Positions 50,021-60,497 of a stretch of DNA of 64,000 bases are shown in pieces. The stretch's first letter is position 1. The number at the start of each line of letters is the position of its first letter. Below the pieces are notes generated by a model. That model was not told the DNA's origin. It searched no databases and was given only the letters and a program-made list of their open reading frames with translations. This DNA is from Sedimentisphaerales bacterium (GTDB lineage: Bacteria; Planctomycetota; Phycisphaerae; Sedimentisphaerales; SM23-30). The position numbers and the translations under genes are program-made. The stretch lies in the NCBI GenBank assembly GCA_963666285.1, contig OY762711.1. One strand, written 5' to 3'.

Positions 50021-51229
50021 ATGGTACCACCTGTTATCTGGCTGATTTTCTTTTTTATGATGGGAGCCTCTATAGGCAGTTTCTTAAATGTTGTTGTGTG
50101 GCGGTTACCCCAGGAAATGTCACTTATTAAGCCAGGTAGTCATTGTCCAAGCTGCAAGCATCCTCTTAGCTGGTATGATAATGTACCTGTTTTTGCCTGG
50201 TTTTATCTTGGTGGGAAATGTCGTTATTGTAAAACACCTTATTCCTTTAAGTATCCTTTTTTCGAATTTATAACAGGTGCTGTTTTTGCCGGTTTATACT
50301 GGTTATATTTTGTCGTTGGCATTCGTGACAACTTGCCTCAGTTCGAACAGGGCGGATGGATTATTTATGTCGCCCATATTGTTTTGATTTCCTGTCTACT
50401 GGCTGGTTCGTTGATTGATGCCGAACATTTTATCATTCCATTATCGATTAGTTATTTTATGGTATTTATTGGGTTTGTTGCTTCCGGTTTTGAAACTCGT
50501 ATGCTTGAGTATAATATGATGCCGGTGGAATACTGGAATACTCTGGTACCTTATGCAACACCTAAAACTGGAGCTTTGGCAGTTGGTAGTGCAGTTGGGC
50601 TTGGTATCTCACTGATTTTTCTGAAGTCTGGCTTAATAAGTCGCAGCTTCCTGGAGCTGGAAAAGTGGGAACTGGCAAAGTATAAAGCTGAAAACGATGG
50701 CAAAGAATTTAACGAGCCGGAGCCAGAAGTCAATGTCAGGGCTGAGATGGTGCGTGAACTTGCCTTCCTGTGTATGCCTGTGGTTCTTGCTTTTGCTGCT
50801 ATGAAACTTCTCTGTACAGATGGTGGCCAGGATGCGAGTGAACTTGCCGGCAATTGGCAATTGTATCTTGAGCAGAATCCATGGCTCAATGGCACTCTTG
50901 GAAGCATATATGGTTTTATGATCGGGGCGGTAACAGTATGGGCAACCCGTATTTTCGGCTCAATTTTATTTAACAAAGAAGCTATGGGGCTTGGTGATGT
51001 CCACCTTATGGCCGGTGTCGGTGCCGTTCTTGGTTGGTATATACCTTTAATAGCTTTCTTTATTGCTCCTTTTGTAGGGATTGGCTGGGCTATTCTCAGG
51101 TTGATAACGAAGCAGCAGCGAGAGATTCCATACGGTCCATTTCTATCAATTGCAGTGATAGTTATTCTGCTTATGCACGATTCAATAATTGGCTTTATTT
51201 TACAAAATATGCTGCATGTTCAATTATAG
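50021..51229 (+). CDS. pilD: Prepilin peptidase/N-methyltransferase PilD (A24A)
   Basis: GSFLNVV..RLP, CPSC..CRYC, IDAEH, MGLGDV, IPYGPFL. Confidence 0.9.
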   Translation: MVPPVIWLIFFFMMGASIGSFLNVVVWRLPQEMSLIKPGSHCPSCKHPLSWYDNVPVFAWFYLGGKCRYCKTPYSFKYPFFEFITGAVFAGLYWLYFVVGIRDNLPQFEQGGWIIYVAHIVLISCLLAGSLIDAEHFIIPLSISYFMVFIGFVASGFETRMLEYNMMPVEYWNTLVPYATPKTGALAVGSAVGLGISLIFLKSGLISRSFLELEKWELAKYKAENDGKEFNEPEPEVNVRAEMVRELAFLCMPVVLAFAAMKLLCTDGGQDASELAGNWQLYLEQNPWLNGTLGSIYGFMIGAVTVWATRIFGSILFNKEAMGLGDVHLMAGVGAVLGWYIPLIAFFIAPFVGIGWAILRLITKQQREIPYGPFLSIAVIVILLMHDSIIGFILQNMLHVQL

Positions 51230-51252
51230 AAATAGCAGGCTATTAATAAACC

Positions 51253-52524
51253 TTATAGATATCCAAGGTCTTTTAATTTTGCTTCTAAATCTTCCTTGTC
51301 TTCTTCGCTGAATTCCTGGGGATTGACTGCGGCGTTATTTGAATTCGATCTGTTCATGTTGGCCACTATTGAATCCAGTTTAATTCTCAAGTCGCATACT
51401 GGACCAACAGCCTCTACGGCTATGTTTTTGTTTTCATCAGGGTCATTAATAAGATCAAACAGATAGATTGTATTATTTGTGTATAATGGTCCGGCCGGCA
51501 CAATTAATTTATGAGTTTCTGTTCTGACAGCATGCCAGTATCTGGTAGCATCGTTTCTGCCTGTATATAAGAAAGCTGCTTCTTTACTCATTTTTTGGCC
51601 ATTAATCATAGGCATAAGAGAACGGCCATGAATGTTTTCTGGCAGATCAATTCTTAAAAGTTCAAGGAGAGTTGGCATGATATCAATATGTCTGACTTGC
51701 TGATTAAGCACAACATTATTTGGCAGACCAGGACCGCTTATGCACAATGGGACTCTATGCAGTTCGTCAAACGGGAAAAAACCATGATATCGCCAATCGT
51801 CTGGACGATGGTATACATTGAAAAGTTTGCGAAATTTTCTCTTTATGTAGCTCTTGATTGATCGATGTCCGCGGCGAATAAGTACTTCACCATGATCTGC
51901 AGTTAGCACGACGATAGTATTATCCGGTACCATGCTGATTATCTGTTCAATTTTTTTATCGAGATGCTGCCATGCTTGATTATACCTTTGTTCGGGATGT
52001 TTGGGGGCATTGGTATTATCTTCTGTTTGGATGGGGCTATGTAATTCAAAGAAATGCAGCATAGTAAACCATGGATTTTGCTGCTTAGCGATTTTCTCGA
52101 ACGATTCAAAAAAATCTTTGCCCCATTCACGGTATATAGTTTCTTTACGTGTTCTATACTGGTATTTATGAAATCCTTTTGTAAGCCCCAGAGATTCCAG
52201 GAGTGGCCCGGTCATAAATGCATTTGTGCTATAGCCGTTGTTAGAGAGTATTTCAGGGAACCTGGTTACATCTGGGTTTATTGGCGGACCTTGAGTTGAA
52301 TATACACCGTGGGCTAGATAATACAATGATGTAAGCATACTGGAAAAAGATGGTGTTGTTGTGGATGCAGAAGATAAAGCCTGGGTAAAACAGACACCAT
52401 TTTCTCTTAGCTTCGGCCATGCCTTTAATGAGAGAGGATTCTGATCTGTTGGACACCTGTCATTTCTTAAGCAATCGACTACTATCCACAATACATTTGG
52501 TTTGTTTATATTTTCTGAAGTCAT
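51253..52524 (-). CDS. Sulfatase-like alkaline-phosphatase-superfamily enzyme (Thr at the nucleophile position, no signal peptide)
   Basis: PNVLWIVVDCLR, TTTPSFSSMLTS, TADHGE, HRVPL, DIMPT, LFDL..DP.E; C-terminal LKDLGYL. Confidence 0.8.
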   Translation of the reverse strand: MTSENINKPNVLWIVVDCLRNDRCPTDQNPLSLKAWPKLRENGVCFTQALSSASTTTPSFSSMLTSLYYLAHGVYSTQGPPINPDVTRFPEILSNNGYSTNAFMTGPLLESLGLTKGFHKYQYRTRKETIYREWGKDFFESFEKIAKQQNPWFTMLHFFELHSPIQTEDNTNAPKHPEQRYNQAWQHLDKKIEQIISMVPDNTIVVLTADHGEVLIRRGHRSIKSYIKRKFRKLFNVYHRPDDWRYHGFFPFDELHRVPLCISGPGLPNNVVLNQQVRHIDIMPTLLELLRIDLPENIHGRSLMPMINGQKMSKEAAFLYTGRNDATRYWHAVRTETHKLIVPAGPLYTNNTIYLFDLINDPDENKNIAVEAVGPVCDLRIKLDSIVANMNRSNSNNAAVNPQEFSEEDKEDLEAKLKDLGYL

Positions 52525-52584
52525 ATTTTGTTATTATCTTATTTGGGGTATGGATTTAATTGAGATTAAAATAGGAATTGAGTA

Positions 52585-54192
52585 TCAAATATATCCCATA
52601 TTTTTTAATTGGTCTTCGAGAATGTCCATTTCTTTTTCAGACATGAGAAAATTATCAGGATCTACTCCACTGATAGGCTCATCGGAATAGATGATTTCCG
52701 GTTTGCTTTCAAAGGCATCGCTAATAACTTTTCCATCAAGTCCAAGGGGTATCTCTACTCCAAGATGGGCGTAAATTGTTGGGACAATATCAGCGATATC
52801 AGCTTTAAGAGTTTTACCTTCGGATATATTAATCCCTCTAATAAGGTACATTCCTTCAGGTCTATGTGTACCTTTGATATCATGTAGTTCGTTTTTTGTA
52901 ATAAAATTATCACCTTTTGTTGATTTACTGAGTTCGCAATATTGTTTTGGAATGATAATTAAGTCACCCAGGATTGAGTTGTCAATATCGTTGCTCTGGT
53001 ACAATTCCTGGGGGGTAAGGATTTTATCTACAATCTTTTCACCTGTTGTCGGGTGTTTTGTTTCTGAAATAGTATTTCTCAGTTCGTTCACCATGGTGTT
53101 ATATTCATTTTTAGGGACAATTCCTTCAGGAGATCTGTCTTCAAGGTTAATGAAAATTCCTGCCTGGTGTCTGGCATAAGGAGAAAAAGCTTTTGTTTTT
53201 TTTATGTCGATCTTTAACTTTTGTGAGATGTGAAGTGACATTCTTTGTTTTACGCCAGTAACACGTTTTCTAACGCTGCGTTTGAGTTTTATCAGCATTC
53301 TTGAAATAGAACGTTTTGTTTTTAGGTATCCCATTTTTTTGAGTAGAAGGTTAGGCTGAAATTCGTATTTTCCGGATTTCCCATGGCCATGGTCACTGAC
53401 TATTGTGAATAAGTGGTCAGGGGAGTTGCAGTAATCAGCCAGCTCGCCGATTAATTCATCTGCTGCAGCAAACATTGTATCGACTATTTTTGCGTTTTTG
53501 GGATTGTTTTGACAATATTCAGGAGTAACATATTTCCAGCCTTTATGAAGAAATGCATCAAAAGAGAAAATCTGTATCAGCAGCAAATTCCAATCTACTG
53601 TGTCACATGTAAGTCTGAAAAGTTTTCGATCTTGCATGAATCGCTGATTTACCTCATCAACAGATCGCTTTAGATCTTCGGTATTTCTTATCGTCTCTGC
53701 TCCAGACCAGCCTAATGAAATATCGTAATTTGGGATAGCATCAAAAATTTTATCTTTAAAATTTTGTGGCCAGGTAAAATTACTGTTGTTTCCTGGTGAG
53801 CCAAATCCTGATACCATTACCCCGTCTACTTCGTAAGGCGGGTATGTCATAGGCATATTTAGAGAAGCTACTTTTTGCCCCTTGCTGCTTAGATAACTCC
53901 ACATAGTCTCGACGGCAATTGTATTGGAATTTGCATGGCCAAGAGTGCCGGTTTCTGAATTGAAATCTTCAAAACCGTATATTCCATGTTTGCCAGGATG
54001 GACACCTGTCATTAGAGTCGTCCATCCCGGGGGAGTCATTGGTGGATTCGTCGATTTTAAAACACCTGAGCAGCTGCTATCGATTAGTTTTTTTAATCTT
54101 GGCATAATACCTTTTTCTACAAAAGGTAAAAAAACGTCCCAGGTTCCGCTGTCAATACCAAGTACCAGTACTTTTTTCTTATTTGAATTCAT
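52585..54192 (-). CDS. Type I phosphodiesterase/nucleotide pyrophosphatase family protein
   Basis: VLGIDSGTWD, STNPPMTPPGWTTLMTG.HPGKHG, VSDHG, GTHRPEG; C-terminal LKNMGYI. Confidence 0.8.
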   Translation of the reverse strand: MNSNKKKVLVLGIDSGTWDVFLPFVEKGIMPRLKKLIDSSCSGVLKSTNPPMTPPGWTTLMTGVHPGKHGIYGFEDFNSETGTLGHANSNTIAVETMWSYLSSKGQKVASLNMPMTYPPYEVDGVMVSGFGSPGNNSNFTWPQNFKDKIFDAIPNYDISLGWSGAETIRNTEDLKRSVDEVNQRFMQDRKLFRLTCDTVDWNLLLIQIFSFDAFLHKGWKYVTPEYCQNNPKNAKIVDTMFAAADELIGELADYCNSPDHLFTIVSDHGHGKSGKYEFQPNLLLKKMGYLKTKRSISRMLIKLKRSVRKRVTGVKQRMSLHISQKLKIDIKKTKAFSPYARHQAGIFINLEDRSPEGIVPKNEYNTMVNELRNTISETKHPTTGEKIVDKILTPQELYQSNDIDNSILGDLIIIPKQYCELSKSTKGDNFITKNELHDIKGTHRPEGMYLIRGINISEGKTLKADIADIVPTIYAHLGVEIPLGLDGKVISDAFESKPEIIYSDEPISGVDPDNFLMSEKEMDILEDQLKNMGYI

Positions 54193-54354
54193 ATGTGAGT
54201 ATATAGTTCTAAGTTTGTTATTGGCACTTTATTATATTGTTTATTTTGTATTAACTCAACCTAAAACTCGGTTGTACGTTGATGATACTCTGGTGTGTAT
54301 GTGTTGTAAGTTATTGTGATAATATGTTTTATGTTGTTAAGATGTTCCGTAATA

Positions 54355-55035
54355 TTAAATCAGAAGTTCAGTGTTAATTCCAATACCTGCTGCAGTGATT
54401 TTACCGGTATACTTTTGAGACTCTGGATTTTGAAAGCCATGTTTCATTGCTGCAAATGTAACTGTTTCATTGGCCAGTATTGTATTTCCCAGCGGCAAAC
54501 CGGTATCGCAATCCAGGCCAGAGGGTATATCGAGTGCCAATTTGGGTTTCTGGCTTGAATTAATGATATCGATTATCGTTGATATCGGTTCCCTTGGCGC
54601 GGTAGTCATGCCGGTTCCAAGCAAAGCATCAATTATCAGGTCAGATTGGTCAATTGTCTGGTTGATTTTGGTAAAAAAACTATCGATTGATATGTGGTCA
54701 AGCGTATAAAGGGGTAAATCCATTTTTTGACAAATGATTAGGTTTGTAAGTGCATCACCTTTATATTTCTCGGTATTACTTACAGCAAAAATATTGATAT
54801 GCATTCCGCGGCCTGCCAGATGCCTGGCCACTACAAAGCCATCACCGCCATTATTGCCTGGACCGGATATTATACAAACGCTATTTCCAGAATTGTCAAT
54901 TAGCATTGTTTCGGCAATATTGCTTGCAGCAATCCCAGCATTTTCCATTAATACGATACCAGGAATAGCATATTTTTCAATAGATACTTTGTCACAGTTA
55001 CGTACCTGTTCTCTTGTTAGTATGTATTCGTTCAT
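54355..55035 (-). CDS. nnrE: NAD(P)H-hydrate epimerase (stand-alone YjeF N-domain)
   Basis: LMENAG, GPGNNGGDG, DALLGTG, DIPSG. Confidence 0.9.
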   Translation of the reverse strand: MNEYILTREQVRNCDKVSIEKYAIPGIVLMENAGIAASNIAETMLIDNSGNSVCIISGPGNNGGDGFVVARHLAGRGMHINIFAVSNTEKYKGDALTNLIICQKMDLPLYTLDHISIDSFFTKINQTIDQSDLIIDALLGTGMTTAPREPISTIIDIINSSQKPKLALDIPSGLDCDTGLPLGNTILANETVTFAAMKHGFQNPESQKYTGKITAAGIGINTELLI

Positions 55036-55117
55036 AATTATCTATAAGCTGTATATACGTAAAAAAAGCGGCCCATAATAAGGTCGCTCATAAAAAAGTA
55101 CAATACTTTTGCTGGTG

Positions 55118-56641
55118 TTATCTTTTATCAAAGAGATCATCCCATTTTTCACTATTGTTTAGTTGTTTAATCTTATTATTCATAATGTCTTTAGCTTCAT
55201 TAAGTTCGTTTAGCTTGATATGACACCACATTAAACCAATCAGGGCATTCTTATGATCAGGTCTTTGTTTTAAGAATATGAGGAAATTCTTTTTTGCGTC
55301 TAAGAAATTTCCCTGCATATATAAAACATCAGCCAGGTCATAGTAAGTTTCTATATATGAAGGTTCAAGGTTTACTACAAGTTCAAATAGCTTTCTTGCT
55401 CGATCATATTCACCCCTTTGATATGATTGACGGCCAAGTTCAAGATATTCCGCAGCTTTTTTGGATATCTCATTTTCAGTATCATTCTGATTGTCAGTAG
55501 GAGACCATTCTTTTGCTGCAGGTTGGATTAAGTTTTTGCCTGTGGGTAAGGCATTCTCCATCTGGTTATCTTGGTGGAGTGTTCCCTTGTTCTGTATTAT
55601 ATCAACCGGTGTTGCCCCAGGGCTAGATAGTCTTGATTTATTATTTGGAGTTTCTTTTGTTTTTGTGCCGCTAGTTTGTATCCCGGTTATATCAGTTGAC
55701 AATAAGGGGCTGTTTGTAGGTATATTACTTGGCAAACCCTGGTAATTATTTTCCGAAGTTAAACTTGTGTTACTTCCCAGCACGTAATTTCGGTCATCAT
55801 ATTGATTAGCTGCAATTGGAATGCCGTCTTCATTTATATTAATCATGCTTGTTACCATCTGGCATGAATTTCCAGCCTGGTCGTGGCATTGCAGCTTAAA
55901 ACATACCGGTCTGGTTATATGGTTTGGAACAATCCATTTATAGCTGTCGAAAGCTTTGAACGCAGAACCGATTTGGGTCCATTCACTTCCACCGGATTCA
56001 ATCCAGTATAAAGTGGCTGGATAATCATCTAAAAATGTATCGAATACATTCCATTGTACGATAACCTGTCTGATTCCTCCGGCGGAAGTTTTTAAGATAG
56101 GTTCGTGTAAAAATATCTGAGGTTGGGTATAGTCTACAAAAATAACTGTTTGGGCTGGTGTAGATGCCGGGATCGTTCCGTTTTTATCAACAGCTTTTTC
56201 ACTGCCTTTATAATATTTTTGACCATTTATATCTACTGGTACTACCAGGAATCTCCAGATCCCTTCACTGGCAGCGCGGAAACTAACAGGTGGGTTTAAG
56301 TCCAGGTCATAGTCGTATAACTGCCATTGCCCGGAAGTGCCGCGCCCGCACCATAGTTCAATTCTACTTACGTATTGTCTGCTTTCAGCCGCCAGGCTGT
56401 AATTGATTTCGAAACTATCGGAACGCACTATAGGAATATTAGCGGGAATTTGTTTAGATGTATTTTGCTGTAGAGCAGGGCTGGATATAGTTGGCAATTG
56501 GCTGAACTGACCGCTGTTTGCTGCTGGAGAAGCATGTGTACTATAACAAGTAGTAAATATAACATATGCTAGAATAGCGATTAATGATTTGTTTAGCCTG
56601 TCCATGGCCCCAATAAATCCTTTCCGTAACTTGATTGCCAA
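55118..56641 (-). CDS. Exported protein with beta-rich N-terminal domains, low-complexity linker and C-terminal TPRs
   Basis: Hydrophobic N-terminus; TPRs YLELG..YQRGEYDRA..F, YYDLADVLY. Confidence 0.7.
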   Translation of the reverse strand: MAIKLRKGFIGAMDRLNKSLIAILAYVIFTTCYSTHASPAANSGQFSQLPTISSPALQQNTSKQIPANIPIVRSDSFEINYSLAAESRQYVSRIELWCGRGTSGQWQLYDYDLDLNPPVSFRAASEGIWRFLVVPVDINGQKYYKGSEKAVDKNGTIPASTPAQTVIFVDYTQPQIFLHEPILKTSAGGIRQVIVQWNVFDTFLDDYPATLYWIESGGSEWTQIGSAFKAFDSYKWIVPNHITRPVCFKLQCHDQAGNSCQMVTSMININEDGIPIAANQYDDRNYVLGSNTSLTSENNYQGLPSNIPTNSPLLSTDITGIQTSGTKTKETPNNKSRLSSPGATPVDIIQNKGTLHQDNQMENALPTGKNLIQPAAKEWSPTDNQNDTENEISKKAAEYLELGRQSYQRGEYDRARKLFELVVNLEPSYIETYYDLADVLYMQGNFLDAKKNFLIFLKQRPDHKNALIGLMWCHIKLNELNEAKDIMNNKIKQLNNSEKWDDLFDKR

Positions 56642-56918
56642 TACCTTATGTTGGCGAATTCAAAATCCAGTCCATACAAGTAGAATACGCCAGGATCTAG
56701 TCAGTAAAAAGCATTACAAACACTCTGACTAAGACAATCAAACAAAATTGTAGTATAATATCATTTTTATGTCCAACAAAAATTTTCTATACTGTAAATC
56801 TTCTCGCCATTAAATGGATTAAAACTTTAAATATTACTATTTTTTTATAAAAAATTACAGAATCGTTGTTATTGCAGTGTCATTGGTTAGAAGATACTTA
56901 CCAATATGTGATATAATA

Positions 56919-57563
56919 TTAATTTGGGGGGAGGGTAGTATCTGTTTTTTCTTCAATTTTATTCGATTCAGCTTCAGAGGTGACAGTTTTTTCTCTAATG
57001 CTAATCGAGTCAAAAACAAATAAAGTTTCTTGCTCAAAGTTGTCTGTTGCTGTCTTTTTATCTTCAACAAAAGGACAAGTTACTCTTACATGCACTGCAA
57101 CTTCCTTATCTACCCCGAACTTATCCCAGATAATGAATTTTTTATCACCGTCTTTGCCTATCCATTTAACAATACGCCAGTTATTTTGAGAAAATTTATC
57201 GCTAATAAGTTCATTTTCACTGGATTTGTCAAAGAGGTTTTTTAACATTGCATCGCTGAAAACCGTAACTTCCAGCTCTGGCCGGCAATAATGACATTTG
57301 AACACAGCATTTCCCATAAGTGTAGGGGTGCTATTGTCGTCAAAAGGTACATAATATATCTCTTTTTCGATTATACCAAAATTTTTCTTCAACAATTTCC
57401 AATTTAATGGAATATCAAAACTTACCCTTTCATTAAGCAACTTAATTTGTATGCTTTCGAGTGGGAGGGGCGTTTTTGTTTGCTTAGTGCTGCTTTCGCA
57501 ACCGCAGATAAATGTTGCTGTTAAAGCTAGGAAAAGTAATAATATTGTACCCTGTCTATTCAT
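56919..57563 (-). CDS. Putative lipoprotein
   Basis: Signal peptide ending in ICG|C. Confidence 0.6.
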   Translation of the reverse strand: MNRQGTILLLFLALTATFICGCESSTKQTKTPLPLESIQIKLLNERVSFDIPLNWKLLKKNFGIIEKEIYYVPFDDNSTPTLMGNAVFKCHYCRPELEVTVFSDAMLKNLFDKSSENELISDKFSQNNWRIVKWIGKDGDKKFIIWDKFGVDKEVAVHVRVTCPFVEDKKTATDNFEQETLFVFDSISIREKTVTSEAESNKIEEKTDTTLPPN

Positions 57564-57594
57564 TTTTTCCCCAATTTGTATTAAATAGTTGATT

Positions 57595-58923
57595 TTATTT
57601 GGTCAATCTGGCAACCAGGCTGTCAACCAGCTCTCTCACACTTTCGTCATGGTCGCAAAGGCTATCAATATTCCTGCAAGAATGCATAACGGTGGTATGA
57701 TCACGTCCGCCAAAATGTCCGCCGATTTCCTCAAGGCTGTGCCGGGTCAGTTCCCTGGCCAAATACATACATATTTGTCTTGGAAAGGCAATGCTTCTGC
57801 TGCGCCGCTTGCTTTGAAGCTCGCTCAGTTTGACGTCAAAATGTTCTACTACGACATCAATAATCTGAGAGATTGTTACCTGTGAATGTTGTGGCAATGA
57901 CTCCACTCCCAGTGCCTGACGGGCAATTTCCATTGTTATCTTGCCATCGTTCAGCATCGCATAGCCGTGTACTTTTGTTAAGGCGCCTTCCAATTCCCTG
58001 GTGTTGCTGACTATCCGTTCAGCAATAAAACTTACTACATCTTCCGGCGGATTTATGCCGCGTAAAGCCGCCTTATTATACAATATTGCCATGCGGGTTT
58101 CATAAGCAGGGTTATCGATACGAGTTACAAGCCCTTGGTTGAATCTGCTTATAAGTCGTTCCTCAAGTCGTGGAATTTCGCTTGGCGGACTATCTGCTGA
58201 TATGATGATTTGTTTGCGGGCCTGGTACAGACTGTTAAATGTATGAAAGAATTCTTCCTGTGATTGCTCTTTCTCAGTTAAAAATTGGATATCGTCGATA
58301 ACCAGAACATCTACATGACGATATTTATAGCGAAAATCATATAAATCACCTTGGCGAAGGCCGCGAACAAAGTCGTTTACAAAACTTTCACAGGTTAAAT
58401 ATAGAATTTCTGCTTCCGGGTTACGTTTTTTCATAGCCTGGCATGCTGCCTGCATGAGGTGAGTTTTACCCAGTCCAACTGATCCGTGGATAAACAGCGG
58501 GTTGTACGTAGTTCCGGGAGACTCGCTTACTGCTATGCATGCTGCCTGGGCCATCCTATTGCTTGGGCCTACCACAAAGTTGTCAAATGTATAATCAGGA
58601 TTAAAAAATGAGATTCCGCTACTATCAAGCTCTATGGGTTTTTCTATTGCCTGTTTGCGGTCAATTTCTTTTCGCTCATTAGGCATTGCATACTCAATTG
58701 TGACAAAATGGCCGGTTATCCGTTGCGCAGCGCTGGTAAGCCCGCCACTGCAGTTATTATGCAGATATTGCCGCCAAGATTCTTCGGCAAGTCCGATACG
58801 CAGTATGCCTCCATCAAGGCTTAACGGCTCAAGCTGCTCGAACCAGTGCCGCCATAGATGGCTGTATTCCTGTTGAAAAGTTCTGAGAATATTATCCCAG
58901 ATATTTGTTAGTACCTCACCCAC
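57595..58923 (-). CDS. dnaA: Chromosomal replication initiator DnaA
   Basis: YTFDNFVVG, YNPLFIHG..GLGKTHL, IDDIQF, QEEFFHTFN, RELEGAL, GGRDHTTV. Confidence 0.95.
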   Translation of the reverse strand: MGEVLTNIWDNILRTFQQEYSHLWRHWFEQLEPLSLDGGILRIGLAEESWRQYLHNNCSGGLTSAAQRITGHFVTIEYAMPNERKEIDRKQAIEKPIELDSSGISFFNPDYTFDNFVVGPSNRMAQAACIAVSESPGTTYNPLFIHGSVGLGKTHLMQAACQAMKKRNPEAEILYLTCESFVNDFVRGLRQGDLYDFRYKYRHVDVLVIDDIQFLTEKEQSQEEFFHTFNSLYQARKQIIISADSPPSEIPRLEERLISRFNQGLVTRIDNPAYETRMAILYNKAALRGINPPEDVVSFIAERIVSNTRELEGALTKVHGYAMLNDGKITMEIARQALGVESLPQHSQVTISQIIDVVVEHFDVKLSELQSKRRSRSIAFPRQICMYLARELTRHSLEEIGGHFGGRDHTTVMHSCRNIDSLCDHDESVRELVDSLVARLTK

Positions 58924-59036
58924 AAATAATACCTTCTATCAAAACGCGATTTCTTTTCGCATAAATATTAAAATATATTAGTATTTTTGTCTGAAACGGC
59001 AGCTTCCCTTGCCGCTGTCACACGTAATTTGATTTG

Positions 59037-60497
59037 CTATTCGAATAGTTTCTTTTGATACATGTCGTGTGTGTAACGATTAACCATTTCATCGACCGGT
59101 ATTGGATATTTTCCAGACCAGCATGCTGTGCAATAATGGCTATTAGGTTTTTCTACACAACTCAACATTCCTTCAAGAGAAATATAATGTAAGGAGTCGA
59201 TTTCAAGATAATTACGTATCTCATCAACAGTTTTATCATTCGCAATCAACTCATTTTTGCTTGGGAAATCAATTCCATAAAAACAAGGATGTTTTATCGG
59301 CGGAGAAGCTACCCGCAGGTGGATCTCTTTAGCACCGGCTCGTCTTAAGGCACTCATTTTGCCGCGGGTGGTAGTACCGCGTACCACCGAATCTTCTACA
59401 ACTATAACTCTTTTGCCTGCAACTACTTCGCGTATCACATTTAGTTTCATCTTTACTGCCAGATCTCGCATTGGCTGTTCTGGTTCAATAAAGCTTCGAC
59501 CGGCATAATGGCTTACAGTAAAGCCGCGATCGTAAGGAATGCCACTTTGCGTAGAGTAGCCCTGTGCCGCACATCTGGCACAATTAGGAACAGGAATTAC
59601 TATATCTGCATCTACGTGTGATTCTTTCGCTAGCTGTTTTCCCATTTCTAAGCGAACCTGGTGTACGTTTTCGCCAAAGATTTTGCTTGAAGGATCGGCA
59701 AAATAGACTTGTTCGAATATGCAATGAGCTGGAGATATAGTTCCTGGTTCATGGAAAAAGCGGCTGTGTAAGCCGTTTTTATCTATAGTTACAATTTCAC
59801 CGGGTTCAACTTCTCTGACAAACTCGGCTTCTAATATATCCAATGCACAAGTTTCGGAAGCCACCATATACGATCCGTTAGGTAGTTTACCGATACAAAG
59901 CGGTCTGATACCACGTGAATCTCTTGCAGCTTCCAGTTTATCTGGCTGCAGCAGCAGTAAGCAGAATGAACCCTGTAGATGTCTGCATACATGAGCAAGT
60001 GGATCAGGTTTACTGATATGGCTGGGTTTGGCAATAAGGTGAATAATTACCTCAGTATCGCTCGTTCCCTGAAAGATATGGCCATGTGCTTCGTATTCAT
60101 CTCTCAGCAGCATAGCATTTACAAGGTTTCCATTATGGGCAACTGCCATTTGGCCCAGTGAATATTCTACGAGCATTGGCTGGGCGTTAGCAATGTTACT
60201 GGAACCGGCTGTTGAATATCTGACATGGCCGATAGCAGTATCGCCCCAGTTTGTCAGTTTCTGCTGTAGTTCACTAGGAAAAACGTCTGAAACTAAGCCC
60301 ATTCCGTTATGGCCGCGCATCGTATCGCCATCGCTTACGGCTATGCCGGCTGATTCCTGCCCTCGATGCTGAAGCGAATGCATTGCTAAAATACAATAGT
60401 CTGTTGCGTTTGGATGGTCAAAAATACCAACCACCCCGCAGTTTTCTTTTTTGTCGGCTGTGCTAAAGCAGCCGTCGTTTTCACAGGTATAGTTCAT
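59037..60497 (-). CDS. purF: Amidophosphoribosyltransferase (propeptide and Fe-S type)
   Basis: EN|CGVVG, LQHRGQE, GHVRYST, HNGN, CIFE, DSVVRGTT, CFYGID, CTAC. Confidence 0.95.
   Translation of the reverse strand: MNYTCENDGCFSTADKKENCGVVGIFDHPNATDYCILAMHSLQHRGQESAGIAVSDGDTMRGHNGMGLVSDVFPSELQQKLTNWGDTAIGHVRYSTAGSSNIANAQPMLVEYSLGQMAVAHNGNLVNAMLLRDEYEAHGHIFQGTSDTEVIIHLIAKPSHISKPDPLAHVCRHLQGSFCLLLLQPDKLEAARDSRGIRPLCIGKLPNGSYMVASETCALDILEAEFVREVEPGEIVTIDKNGLHSRFFHEPGTISPAHCIFEQVYFADPSSKIFGENVHQVRLEMGKQLAKESHVDADIVIPVPNCARCAAQGYSTQSGIPYDRGFTVSHYAGRSFIEPEQPMRDLAVKMKLNVIREVVAGKRVIVVEDSVVRGTTTRGKMSALRRAGAKEIHLRVASPPIKHPCFYGIDFPSKNELIANDKTVDEIRNYLEIDSLHYISLEGMLSCVEKPNSHYCTACWSGKYPIPVDEMVNRYTHDMYQKKLFE

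Noticed and set aside
51253..52524. Canonical formylglycine sulfatase call
   Set aside because: The [CS]xPxR motif is absent (TxPSF instead)
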